NCBI RefSeq assembly: GCF_018977255.1
Contig: NW_024704748.1
Span: 15,004,001 to 15,068,000 of the forward strand
Source: Callorhinchus milii
Lineage: Eukaryota
Length of the DNA: 64,000 nt
Direction of reading: 5' to 3'
Position numbers and translations under genes: made by a program. Below are positions 52,966 through 64,000 of this stretch, piece by piece. The notes under the pieces are model-generated. The model ran no database searches, was not told the DNA's origin, and worked only from the letters and a program-made list of their open reading frames with translations. Numbering within the stretch: position 1 is the stretch's first letter; every line of letters begins with the position of its first letter.

Positions 52966-55900
52966 TCAGCCTCAGTCACAGATAGTGAGGCACAGAGAGA
53001 GAGGGAGACGTGCTGGACAAGAGAGTCAGAGAAATGTTCTCTGGCACAGANNNNNNNNNNNNNNNNNNNNNNNNNNNNNNNNNNNNNNNNNNNNNNNNNN
53101 NNNNNNNNNNNNNNNNNNNNNNNNNNNNNNNNNNNNNNNNNNNNNNNNNNNNNNNNNNNNNNNNNNNNNNNNNNNNNNNNNNNNNCGTCGTTGGATCCAA
53201 ATCACATGGCTCTCATCTCACCAATGGCACACAACGCAGTCTGTACATTTACTGCTCAAGTCGGTTTGTGGTTTTATTAAAACATCATCTGCGGTTGTTT
53301 GTGTCAAATTGATCCGTAAGAGGGGAGGAGGGGAGGGAGGGAAGAGTTTGATTTGCAGCTTTCAGGTGTCTTACCTTAAGTTTTTTTTAAAAAAAACACA
53401 TTTATTTTTTAAAAAATCAACCCGCGAGAGATTAGTTTTACAAATGCAATATGTTTTTTTTGAAGGGGGTTTTGCAACCGTCGCAATTTTTTTTAAAACA
53501 AACATTTCTATTAGTATTTTCTTTTGCCAATTAAGGAAAACCAACCCAAGCTCAAATGTCTGCGTCTTAAGCCCGAACTAAGAGGCTTTGCAGTTCAGAT
53601 AAGATGTTTAAGCGAGCAAAGAGGTTTAATACCCGCATCAGAATTAAATCTTTTGAGGTCCGAGAAATTAATTGTTCTAAACATATTCGGCAACAAAACG
53701 ATTTGTTGCAACAAAGTGGCCAAGGGCACAAAGTGCAAAACACTTATATTCAAAGTATTTATAAACAGTAATACACAATAATCGAGGTTTCCAATCTGTC
53801 CCGGAGATTTATAAACTAAAGCAAGACTTTGAAACAGTAAAGATGCTTTGTATCAATGTTTACAATTACATAATTGTAACCATTTTCCAGAATACAACAT
53901 TGCTGCTTATAGTAAATTAATATGTAAAAAAACATATTTTGTAGCAAGCAGTGAAGGGAAACGTTGTAGGAAAGAAAGCTAAACTGAAAATGTTTATAGT
54001 TAAACAGGATTTATTTCACTTCCTAGTCAATGGATATTAATCAGACATATTCTGTAGTAAATATCTTGTGTCAAACACGGTGGTGTGCCCTAAGTGATGC
54101 CACATTTCTAAACACTTATGATAATAATCATTACATTTGATATAACATCTTTCACTTTGGGACGACATCCCAAAAGATTTTCTTACTGTGAAGTATAGTG
54201 AAGAAGGCAATGCACTTCCATTTCACTTTATTTTTATTATGCTAGTAGCAAAATCATATTTATATTTATTATATATTTATATAAAAGATGCACTGTCCAA
54301 TTTTATAATGACTTATCCAAATATTGTATACATTATGCTGCACAAAAAAATGCATGGTTTACTTGTGTGGTTTATTTTGTTGATCAGAGATACATTGAAA
54401 CCTTTAAAGGTAAAATACTGTAAATAAACCACCTATCTGATACATCGATTCACCTTAGTACACAAATATCGTGTATATACCCTACAATGTTTTACAGAAA
54501 TATTGTAAAAACAACCCTACCTAACCCTAGAACATCACTTGCAAAATAGAATTTGACTTCCAGTTCGGTGAGCTTAGCTTTAAAATCTAATCAGTTCACT
54601 CTAATGTATATTTTTATATATTAAAAGGATTATTCGCTATAATAATGGGCAAGGCCATTTTTTTTGCACAATGCTATAGCATATTGTATTTGTGCCAAAT
54701 CTATATTCTATGGCATTGTGTAAACACAATATCGTTGCCCACCGCCCAATGTTATAAATGTTCTTTTGTTTTTCGAAGTTTTCGCTGATAGTTGTCTGAT
54801 TTACTTCACATCGCTATTGTGTCTATATCCTATTCAGTCAAAGCGATTCGACTGTTCATTCCGCCTATTGCTATTTGAAGTGACCTCTTTGTCTCTGAGA
54901 ACCTCGCGATGAATATATTTAAAATGTACGTTTTCACTCCAAATTAATGTAAAGGAGAGGGAGAGGCTCTGAGCCTACAGTTAAGAGGACATACAGACCA
55001 ACTCAAAGAGAACCAGCCGTGTGACGCTTGGGTCCTAACGCCTTTATGTCTACATAATTATAAAAACCTAATCTACATACTTCTAACCTCTGACAAATAG
55101 CACTTCTCAGGGTCTACGCAGAACCTGTACATTAAAAGCCAGACTGGGATATAAAAGAGTCCGTTTGTATCACATAAACATCCCTATCGGTGTATATTTC
55201 TTCCACATTTTCAGATTGCTCTGTTTCTTTGGCATTGGTCCGTTTGACAAGAGAGATACAGTAGCTGTTGGCTGTGGGAGCTCGGCTTATCTTTGGCTGC
55301 AGGAGGCTCAGAGGCTAAACTCGTAATGTCTGGTGATTGTGATCATTTTCTTACGCTGTATCTGCCCAAGAGCACGTTCCGATAGGGCTGATTTTTTTTC
55401 ATGGTAAATATGTCACGGGTAAGGAGGGTGGGGGGGAGGGGTGAAGACAGGACAAGATTCTTCAAACTTGAATCTGGTCTGGTAACGCAACACTGAAATG
55501 GATTGGATATGCAGCAAAACGCTTACTTAGTGCTTGGGGGCCCCTGAGGTTCTGGCTGTGTTTTCTAATCACTGGCAAATGGGTGTCTGCTGCACCCAGA
55601 GAAGAGCCGTCCTGTCCTGGCAACGGATATTCCTTCTCCTGTGAATGTTCTGCAGCCGGAATGAAAGAATACTGACGTGTCAAATAGCAACCGACTAAAA
55701 TAAACACAACGTAGAGATAAGCCAGACGTGTTCTATAAGGATATTAAAAAAACCTACATGTAACATGTTCTGGGGTTTAAAGTGTATACGTCAATCCAAA
55801 TGAGAACATTTGATCAGAGAGCTGCAGATTGAACAGGGTCGGCTTTAGGACCCGGAGTCGGTGCATATTGCAGCGCTGTTTGGAAGTTTGCAATAAACAC

Positions 55901-58219
55901 CGCAAACTCCAGGGCCAAATAGGTCAATGTGCTGAAAAACAGCCGATCACCTGAGAACCGTCTGTTCCGCTCATTGTCACTGCTTTGATATGCAAAACAG
56001 CTAAATGAAAGCGCGGCACTGCGTGGCGTTCTGTTGCGGCGGTATTTGCAGATCCCCTATTGAAACAAAACATTTTTCGAGATGTCAAAAATCTGTGAAA
56101 ATACGCAGCCGGACCTGACTGCCGCGAACTTTGCGAAACTTGTTTGCAGGAGTTGAAGGGAAACTTGAGAACTCGTGCGGTTCATATTTTTTGCCCAATG
56201 CACAAGATCCATAACCACGTCGTGACTTTGGTTGCATCAGTCCACCCTGAGAGCTTTCGCAAGCACTTGTATTACATCGGGAGCAGTTGCAGAGCAAAAA
56301 AAAACCTATATATCTAACTGCTGGTTTGTGTCTGCCTCCACCCCACCCCTCGCTCTCTGTTGCACAGTATCTCACCAGCTTCAGATTCTCTTAATACCCG
56401 AAGAATGGAGGTGGCAGTAAATGTACTCAAATCAATAAACTTTGGCCGAACAGTTATGCAGCTGCAGTTTCATCTTAGGCATTGATGATGCATAAAATCA
56501 TGTTCTTTTAGAGCAGTTCCAGCAGAAAACTAATATATTAAAGCAAGGGAGAAAATTCTGAAGGATTTTTAATACACCTATATACAAGTGAGTTCCGATG
56601 CAGGCAGACGGAGTGTCCAGGAAGACAGGGGGTTGGGATCTGGGTTAAAGAATGATGCAATTCATCAGAAATACTAATAACCGCAGCCCAAAACCATACA
56701 GCCGCCAGCAGTGAAAGTGGCAGCCGACGAAAAGTCATAGCAGAATTTTCTAGCAGTGCTCACTGATCAGACTTGCTCAGTGCAAGAGCAGGTAAGAACA
56801 AACCCAACAGCTGTGACCCAAGTGAACTCCTCCAACATCAGTTATTGAACTGTTAGGTTTATGACATACTGTACGACCACGGATGCACTGCCACAAAAAG
56901 GCAGAGAAAGATTTGAGTTCCCCTCCCCCATGTGCAGTCTTGATCATAATTAGATCCAAAAATATGAGGGATTTATTTGTTTTTCTTGTGCATCTGCTGG
57001 TCATTCGGTTCAAAGTAACATTGGTGGAAGCCTGTGAAAAGCAGATATTAAAGGAACTCATAATCCTTTCAAATCTCTGTTCTATTCCTCCATCCATGTT
57101 GGCATTTTGGGAGGGGGGAGAAATATCTGGACTGTAGGAACAATATGCCCAAATGTCACCTAGCCTTAGCCCTTACAACTATTTTGTGTTAAAATTTAAG
57201 ATCTGTGTAGAAATAGTGAAAAATTTAGACTTAATTTCGAAGCTGTTTTTTTCTGCAGTTCTTAAAAAGAACCAACTTCCAAAATAAGATTGAATTTAAG
57301 AATTTTCCATAATTCTTGGCCATCATAATTTTTTAAAAAAGAAATGGTCTGACAAGGTAAGACGAGGTGGAATTTCAGGCCAAGTCTAAATGATAACACA
57401 TACATGCTAGTGAGAATATTACTGAAGTGGTTGTTTTAGCATTGACATGACTGCTGCTGATGTTTACCCATTCACAATTGCAGATACTGATCCAAAATAA
57501 AGGGATATTTGTGGGGCTGAATTGGCAGACATATACTTTGTGAATCATCTAGGCTGGTAAACAGCAATGTCAAGCACTGTCTCAATAAAGGGAGGGAAAT
57601 GGGTAAAGGACATTGCATCAGGTTAGTGCGTAGTATTTTCAAAGAAATGATGCAATCACAGTGTCTCTCTTGCAAGTAATTGTGAATCACATGCTGCTGT
57701 TTTAATGTAACACTCAGTTCACATCAAGTTATCCATTAACCTGTTTGTACTGTTTTGCATTACCTAAAAATGGGTATGTCACTCTGTCATAATAGTCACT
57801 TCCATACATTTGATGCTGAATGGCTGAATAATAAAAGGTGTTTAAGTCACACCACCATATTCAAAGGTCATAAACCCTTTGGGAAGATATGATGAATTTC
57901 AAAAATACGTTTTCACAGATGTTGAACAGGATCAACCAATTTAACATGCACAGAATACATGTCCTTCGCATATCCCTGGCCTTTAAATAACATTAAAGTA
58001 ATCAGCTAACGAATGAAGTTTGTATTATAAAATCATAATTTTAATGATACACAAGGTTATTGGTTTGTCTTGTTTTCACAAAACGTCATCGGTTCCCTTC
58101 GGGTAGAATAACATTGTGGTGTTTTTTATTGTCTGCTGTAACAATGTACAAATATTGACTGCAGCTGTGGGCTATAGCAGCAGATAACTAATCTTGATTT
58201 ACATGAACAAGTGATAGTT

Positions 58220-58482
58220 CAGGCAGGGCGAAACCTTGGGCAAGTTTCCTTACTCCACACAGAGCCTAATAACAATCCCTCCAAAAACCCAAAACAATAA
58301 TAAATTGGTCATTTTCAATCTACGACTGTTTGTGGGACATTGCTGTGCGCAATTGGCTGCCGCGTTCGCCCACAAATATACAGTCAATTCACTTTACAGT
58401 GTGTTCTGTGAAGCGCTTTGGGACGTCCTCCTGACGTGAAAAGCGCTATATCAAATGCAAGGATTATTATTATTATTATTAT
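58220..58482 (+). mobile_element. Young SINE, 5'-truncated
   Basis: Near-identical to 10845-11140; a second short tail ending in (TTG)n follows at about 58515-58570. Confidence 0.9.
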
Positions 58483-60075
58483 AGTACAGCTCTAAAGATA
58501 TCTTCTAGTATGTTTGGGACGTCCTCCCGACGTGAAAGGCACTATACAAATGTAATTTTGTTGTTGTTGTTTTACACCGGATGAGAGGGCAGGATAGCTG
58601 ATCAAGCACACTTTGAAGGGCAGCGTGTCAGTGTTAAATAATGTAGGTTGTAGTAGGTTTGAATGGAATACGTTTTGTTTTATGACTCTTGTAGACAGGG
58701 AGAGACTTTGCAGAACCTTGCCTCAGGAGATGGAGTGGATTGAGTGGAATCTTGGGGGAAGGGGGCCGGTGGGGGCTAGGGAGCTCAATACAGGAAAAAT
58801 AATTCTTGGTTCTTTGCTTAAAGTACAAGACAGAGATTCATTTTCATAGTCAGCTCAGTGTGCTCTCTTCCAATCTAAAAAGCATAGTTGGCAAAATCGT
58901 CACAGAGTATGATCACAAAAGCCCTAGGTTTAATTCCTAGTCTGTGCTGAGTTAGCTGTTTTCATTCTGGGCTCACATGTAAAGTAGACACTTTGGTGAG
59001 TTACCAAAGAGTAACGTGGAACTGCACCCTAATAAAGGGAGAATGCCTTCTGGTGAGGAGCGAAAATTAGAGGGGGAAAATGTCACTAGATTATCAGTTC
59101 AGTTGATCAGTTTAGACAGAGGTGATATCTGATGTCTATGCTTACTTATAATTACTGCTGTGCTCAATCAATGCCCTGAGTACTCATTTCAGAGCTTTAC
59201 AATAATGTGACAGACACTTTGTCAGTGATCCAAAGGTGTTATATTCCCTGAAGATGAAGAGGGAGGTTACATTCTTATACACTCCAATTCATGTTACTAT
59301 AGAGGAAGAATTGACCAGATAGTTTGAAATCAGTAGTTGGATTAATATGTTCTTGTGTGCAAACATATTTCGTAAAACAGCAAATCTTTCTATCTGATTG
59401 ACGTGGGATTAACCTGCAGTGTATGACGAAAGCAGGCAATGTGGTCCATTCTACTTGATCATTTACTGAGCATTTGTGCTGACATTAATTAGACAGCACT
59501 TCAGCCAATCATGTTTGGAATTTCTGTCTAAGGTTATAGCATACCAGCAAAAATCTATCAATGTACTGTATTTTAGAATACGTGTCCCTTCGAAAGCCTT
59601 TGCATTTTTTATCTGAGCAAAAAACAGCATATAACATTTTAAATGGCATTGAAAATGTACACCCAGAGTACTACAAGACAGCAGAACAAGAGTACATAGG
59701 TTTAGAGTTGAAAAGGATAAATTCAGGACATACACCAACAAGTTACATTTGTTTAGAGCCTTTCACGACGGGAGGACATCCCAAGATGCTGGACAGTCAG
59801 GGATTTGGACACTGGACTAATTTTAGAAGAGTTTGATGCTGTGATGGGAAAACAATGGGATGGGTATTTTGGAATAATGAAATTAGATAAATCGAAGGGC
59901 CTTCTTCATCCAAACCAAACTCGTGATCTTTTGAATATACTTTTGGCAAATACTATATGTTTTACAGTTCAACAAACAACTTGTGCTTACATAGCTTCTT
60001 TCAACATAGGATCAACTTCTCAAAGTGCTTAGGATTTACAAAGGATTTGTAAATAGACGACACTTTGAAAAAATA

Positions 60076-60316
60076 GGCAAGTTTCCTTACTCCACACGCC
60101 TAATAATAATCCCTCCAAAACCAAAAACAATAATAAATTGGTCATTTTCAATCTACGACTGTTTGTGGGACATTGCTGTGCGCAATTGGCTGCCCCGTTC
60201 GCCCACAAATATACAGTCAATTCACTTTACAGTGTGTTCTGTGAAGCGCTTTGGGACGTACTACTGACGTGAAAAGCGCTATATCAAATGCAAGGATTAT
60301 TATTATTATTATTATT
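60076..60316 (+). mobile_element. Young SINE, 5'-truncated
   Basis: Near-identical to the 3' 240 bp of 25231-25548. Confidence 0.9.
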
Positions 60317-62134
60317 GACATTGAAGCAAAATTCCTAGGGTCAGTCATGACACAATAAGCATTTTGTCTACACAAATGCTTTTGCAAATTCTGCAAATAA
60401 CTTTTCTATAAAAATCATATAAAAATAATGGAAAAGCACATTTGTATAGACATAACAGAGTATATCTGGATTAAGAATACATGGCTCTAATGCTCTCGCT
60501 CACTTTTTATGAACATGTTAGGATTACTTGTTGACTCAAACAACTTTACCTTATGCCACCAATCACCACAAGTGGAGATAAGATTGACTGAATGATAAAG
60601 AACCCGTTTGCCCAGACCCTGAGGACTGCTAAACAAATTCAGAACGAAGGTTCAGGTGAGGGAGAATCAAGAATAACTATCACGCATTCTTTCCATAAGT
60701 AATTAGTAATATTACCAATACAATATTACCAACAAAGTAGGCAAACAATAGTGATATTGTCAAGAGCTATGAGCAGACAAGACTGAGTCAACAATGACTG
60801 GAGGTTCCTTAGTTACCGTAAAGCAGACAATAATTTGCATTTCATACGCAAAAGGCAACTTCCAGCTCCTGTCTATTGTACTGGAATTAGTCAGAATATC
60901 TCATTGCGCAAATCATGTTGCAGCTGTAGAGGCAAGTAGCAGATTGAAGGAACTTCCTATAGCGTCAGGAGGGCTTCACAATCCAACACAAGAAACATAT
61001 ATGTTATGTGAGCAGTTGGCTATATTTGGTTGATTCAGCTAAATCACTTCATGCGAAAGAAAGGGTCCATTTAACTGAACCCCGGGTTTTGGGAGAGGAA
61101 AATCTCCTTTTATTTATTTTCTTATCTATTGCAAACCCACTCTAATACTGCAATTGTTTCTGTCTTGAGGAGTTGTGACTTTAAGTTATTGGTCAGATAT
61201 GGAAGAACAGTAAAGTTTCTTCACTCAAACAGAACAGTTGTAGTAAATATCCCATTATCACCAGTCTGCAAATGATTAACATTGCAATGCAAGTGTAAAC
61301 AGCAAAAGGTTAGTTACTCTGATTTTACTTTGTTCAGAGTAAAACACTCTCTGAGATAGATTTAATTAAGCCAATATTAAAAGCCTTTATATCTTCACTG
61401 TTTCTCTCATTCACGTTACCTTTTTGCTCCTCATGATACATTGTCAAGTCTTTGCCTTCACTCTAAACACTAACCCTAATAACAAAGAGCTGTGCGAAAA
61501 CAGCTTGGATTATTTCTCCCTTTGATTTCTCACATGCATGGTCCCCTGCTGCCTTGCACCTTCCCTCTGACTCAGGAACTCTTTGTCGGAGAAAACCCAG
61601 AGTACACCCCAGAATCCTAATCGTTTTTGTTTGGTGAGCAAGTTGTCCCCACTCAACCCTACTATACTGAATTAATACCGTTCCTCAAACAGGAACACAG
61701 GTTGTCCCCCAGACAACCCTTTTCCCCCAAAATCTGGGACCCAAATTGTCAAAAAACAACATGAACCTGATTGCTTGCATCACCACCACTTGAGCAAATG
61801 GCTGTATCGCCTCTCTGACCTAGGCAAGCCCTGGTGACCAAGGTAGATCCATATCCCAGAGCCTCTATTACTTCTTGTGAGGGCTGATCATACTCCCCAA
61901 ATCACAGCCATACTGACTTCAGCCAAAAAAGGCTGAGGGCTGGCATTCCTGCGACCAGCTGCATTTATCCCCCATGAATAAAAATCATGTGGAGGAAGGC
62001 TCAGAGCATTGGGAGGGGGGGAGGGTACAGTGCTCTTGAGACCTCAAATACAGAGCTCACTGTGAGGAATTGCACTACACAAGGTGTAATTGATAGGAAC
62101 AGATACTTTATTCCACTTGATATCAGCCAATGTC

Positions 62135-62435
62135 TCGTCCTTTGGATGAGTCTTTAAATCGAGATCTTGTCTGCCTGTTGAGGTAGATATTAAAGATCCT
62201 AGGGCACCATTCAAAAAGGGAAGGGAGTTACTCCCTGTGTCCTGGCCAATAATCCCCCAAATAAAATAAATTGGTCACTCACTCCATGGCTGTTTTGCGG
62301 ACATTGTAGTGTGCAACTGGCTGCTGCGTTTTGCCCACAAATCACAGTCAATCCACTTTACAATATATCTTGTGAAGCATTTTAGATGTCTTGACAATGT
62401 GATAAGGTGCTATATCAAATGCAATAATTATTATT
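62135..62435 (+). mobile_element. Deu-domain SINE (AmnSINE1/SacSINE1 superfamily) 3' half
   Basis: GTCCTTTGGATGAG...AAAGATCCTAGGGCACCATT...GGGAGTTACTCCCTGTGTCCTGGCCAAT resembles the Deu domain as recalled, followed by the same tail as the young SINE. Confidence 0.75.
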
Positions 62436-64000
62436 GAAATACTGAGATAAAATCCTGATAGCTTAGTTGGTAAAGCCATTGCTCAATGCAAACTGAACCA
62501 TTTATGCTGAGTTACCTGATTTGAAACCCCATCATAAGTCAATAACTACAGAAAAGGGGAGAAAATTAAAGGGGAGGGGAAATGCTTTTAAATAGTGGAA
62601 TCTATAGGACTGTGTGTTTGTATTCATCACTGCATTGTACTTCACTTTACAACCGGCGAAACAATGGGTACAAAATGCCTTTGGTAAATAACGCTAATAT
62701 GCAATTCACAATAAGCCTGTCTTGAAAGCTGTTGTAAGACAGGCTTCTATCACTTTTTGCCTCAAAGGAAGCAGAACATATGCAGTAGGCTGGTAATTTA
62801 ACACCATCCAGCATGTGAACTGGATGACTGGATTGTGGGGGGGGGAGGAGGAGAGGGGGGTCAGAGGTGACTGAAAATGCTGAGCGAGCACATTCAGTTG
62901 GGATCACAATGATGGAAACTGAAATCCTCCCACTGAGGCAGGGCCTGTGATACTGGGGCTGTTCTGTGCTCAGCAGCAGATGGAGCTGGTTAGAGATTTT
63001 TTTTTAACCCTTTGAGAGTTTGCATTTCTGCTCTTAGGCAAAAAAAACTATTACACAAAAAGTGCAATTGTTTCAAGAATATCCTGACTGAAGGAATGTC
63101 TTGAACAGTTCTCTTGAGCCCCCTACACCCCCAAAAAAAATATTCTCCCTTTTTCAACTAAGTCACCATTTTTCATGCAGGCAGAGAGGTAACAAACAGA
63201 TAGTTTGATCATAAGATAGGTGTCATGATCTAGGTCAATTTTATCTTAATTCAGCGACTATTCACATGCCCCATCTGATTCACCCTTCGCCTAAATGACA
63301 ACTGTAGTGCCCCTATTCCTGCCCTGCTAGGCTGAATCATATAAAGACCAGGGATTGAACCTAGGACCTTACTGATCTACATGGCTCAGTGCATTTGTCC
63401 ACTGAGAACAAAGGAAGCCATTGTAAAATATCCATAATTCTCCACTTGTTTGTAGCTTTATGGACCCTGGCAGTGTTGGCTTATCATGGAATTCCTCATC
63501 ATAAATTAAGGTCTACGGTTTTGCTGCAACCAGAGAAATTACTCCCTAGAGTAATAGGACATAAGTTTGTTCTTCAGTTTCCTGCATTGTAAATTTCTAT
63601 TTTCAGCCATATCATAGATGGCTCAGCGAGCAGAAATTGGGAGCCTCCCCACAGGGAGATGGTGGAAAAACAGATGGGGGCAGGGGGAGGGGGGAGGTCA
63701 TCCAGTACATCTTGAAGCTGAATAAAAGGAGCCAGTCACACAGTAACATTTGGCAGGTTGCAGGGGAATAGGTGCAAACCAAAGCCAGTTTTAAAAAGGG
63801 GTGAAAATAACAACACACAGTAGATTAAAATAGTGTGGCCGTAATCTACTTTCTGAAGTCAGTGTTGCAATGCTATGGATCTAAAATGTAGGTGTTTATT
63901 AGCATTCTCATGTATTGCCTATATATTTGTCTTGGAGGAAGCAAGATATTTCAATGTCGCTTGTGATTCAATATATATTTTTAAAGTTTAAAAATGGCAT

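Noticed and set aside
52437-53581. Pro-rich and Gly-rich ORFs
   Set aside because: Translations of the polypyrimidine tract and gap.
55755-55772. p53 or glucocorticoid response element upstream of DDIT4
   Set aside because: Only one imperfect half-site (TAACATGTTC) is present; too weak to call.
58850-63410. Scattered CTGTGCTGAGTTAGCTG-type segments (also about 38830 and 48130) as ncRNA genes
   Set aside because: They look like very old dispersed SINE-like relics; family and boundaries cannot be fixed by eye.

Overview
Vertebrate genomic DNA with spliceosomal introns and two N-gaps. The repeat content (young tRNA-derived SINEs with (ATT)n tails, Deu-domain SINE relics, CR1/L2 fragments) suggests a cartilaginous fish, possibly a chimaera (inference). 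Five spliced genes were rebuilt by hand from splice sites and frame: an hnRNP A/B-D family gene (-, runs off the left edge), an intact but strongly diverged SEC24A/B-class COPII coat gene (-, 18 coding exons, 769 aa), SAR1A (+), TYSND1 (+) and DDIT4 (-). The main observation is the SEC24 gene. It sits head-to-head with SAR1A, copying the human SEC24A-SAR1B layout on the paralogous block, so it looks like a whole-genome-duplication ohnolog that mammals lost. It appears to lack the N-terminal Pro-rich region and has substitutions at the B-site and Sec22-site cargo-binding arginines. The neighbouring hnRNP may be a fourth A/B-D-DL paralog. Regulatory observations include three PBX-PREP/NF-Y composites with identical spacing, a cluster of ATF4-type elements upstream of DDIT4, a uORF overlapping the TYSND1 start, and a degenerate hammerhead motif. 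All comparisons with human proteins are from recalled sequences and need alignment.
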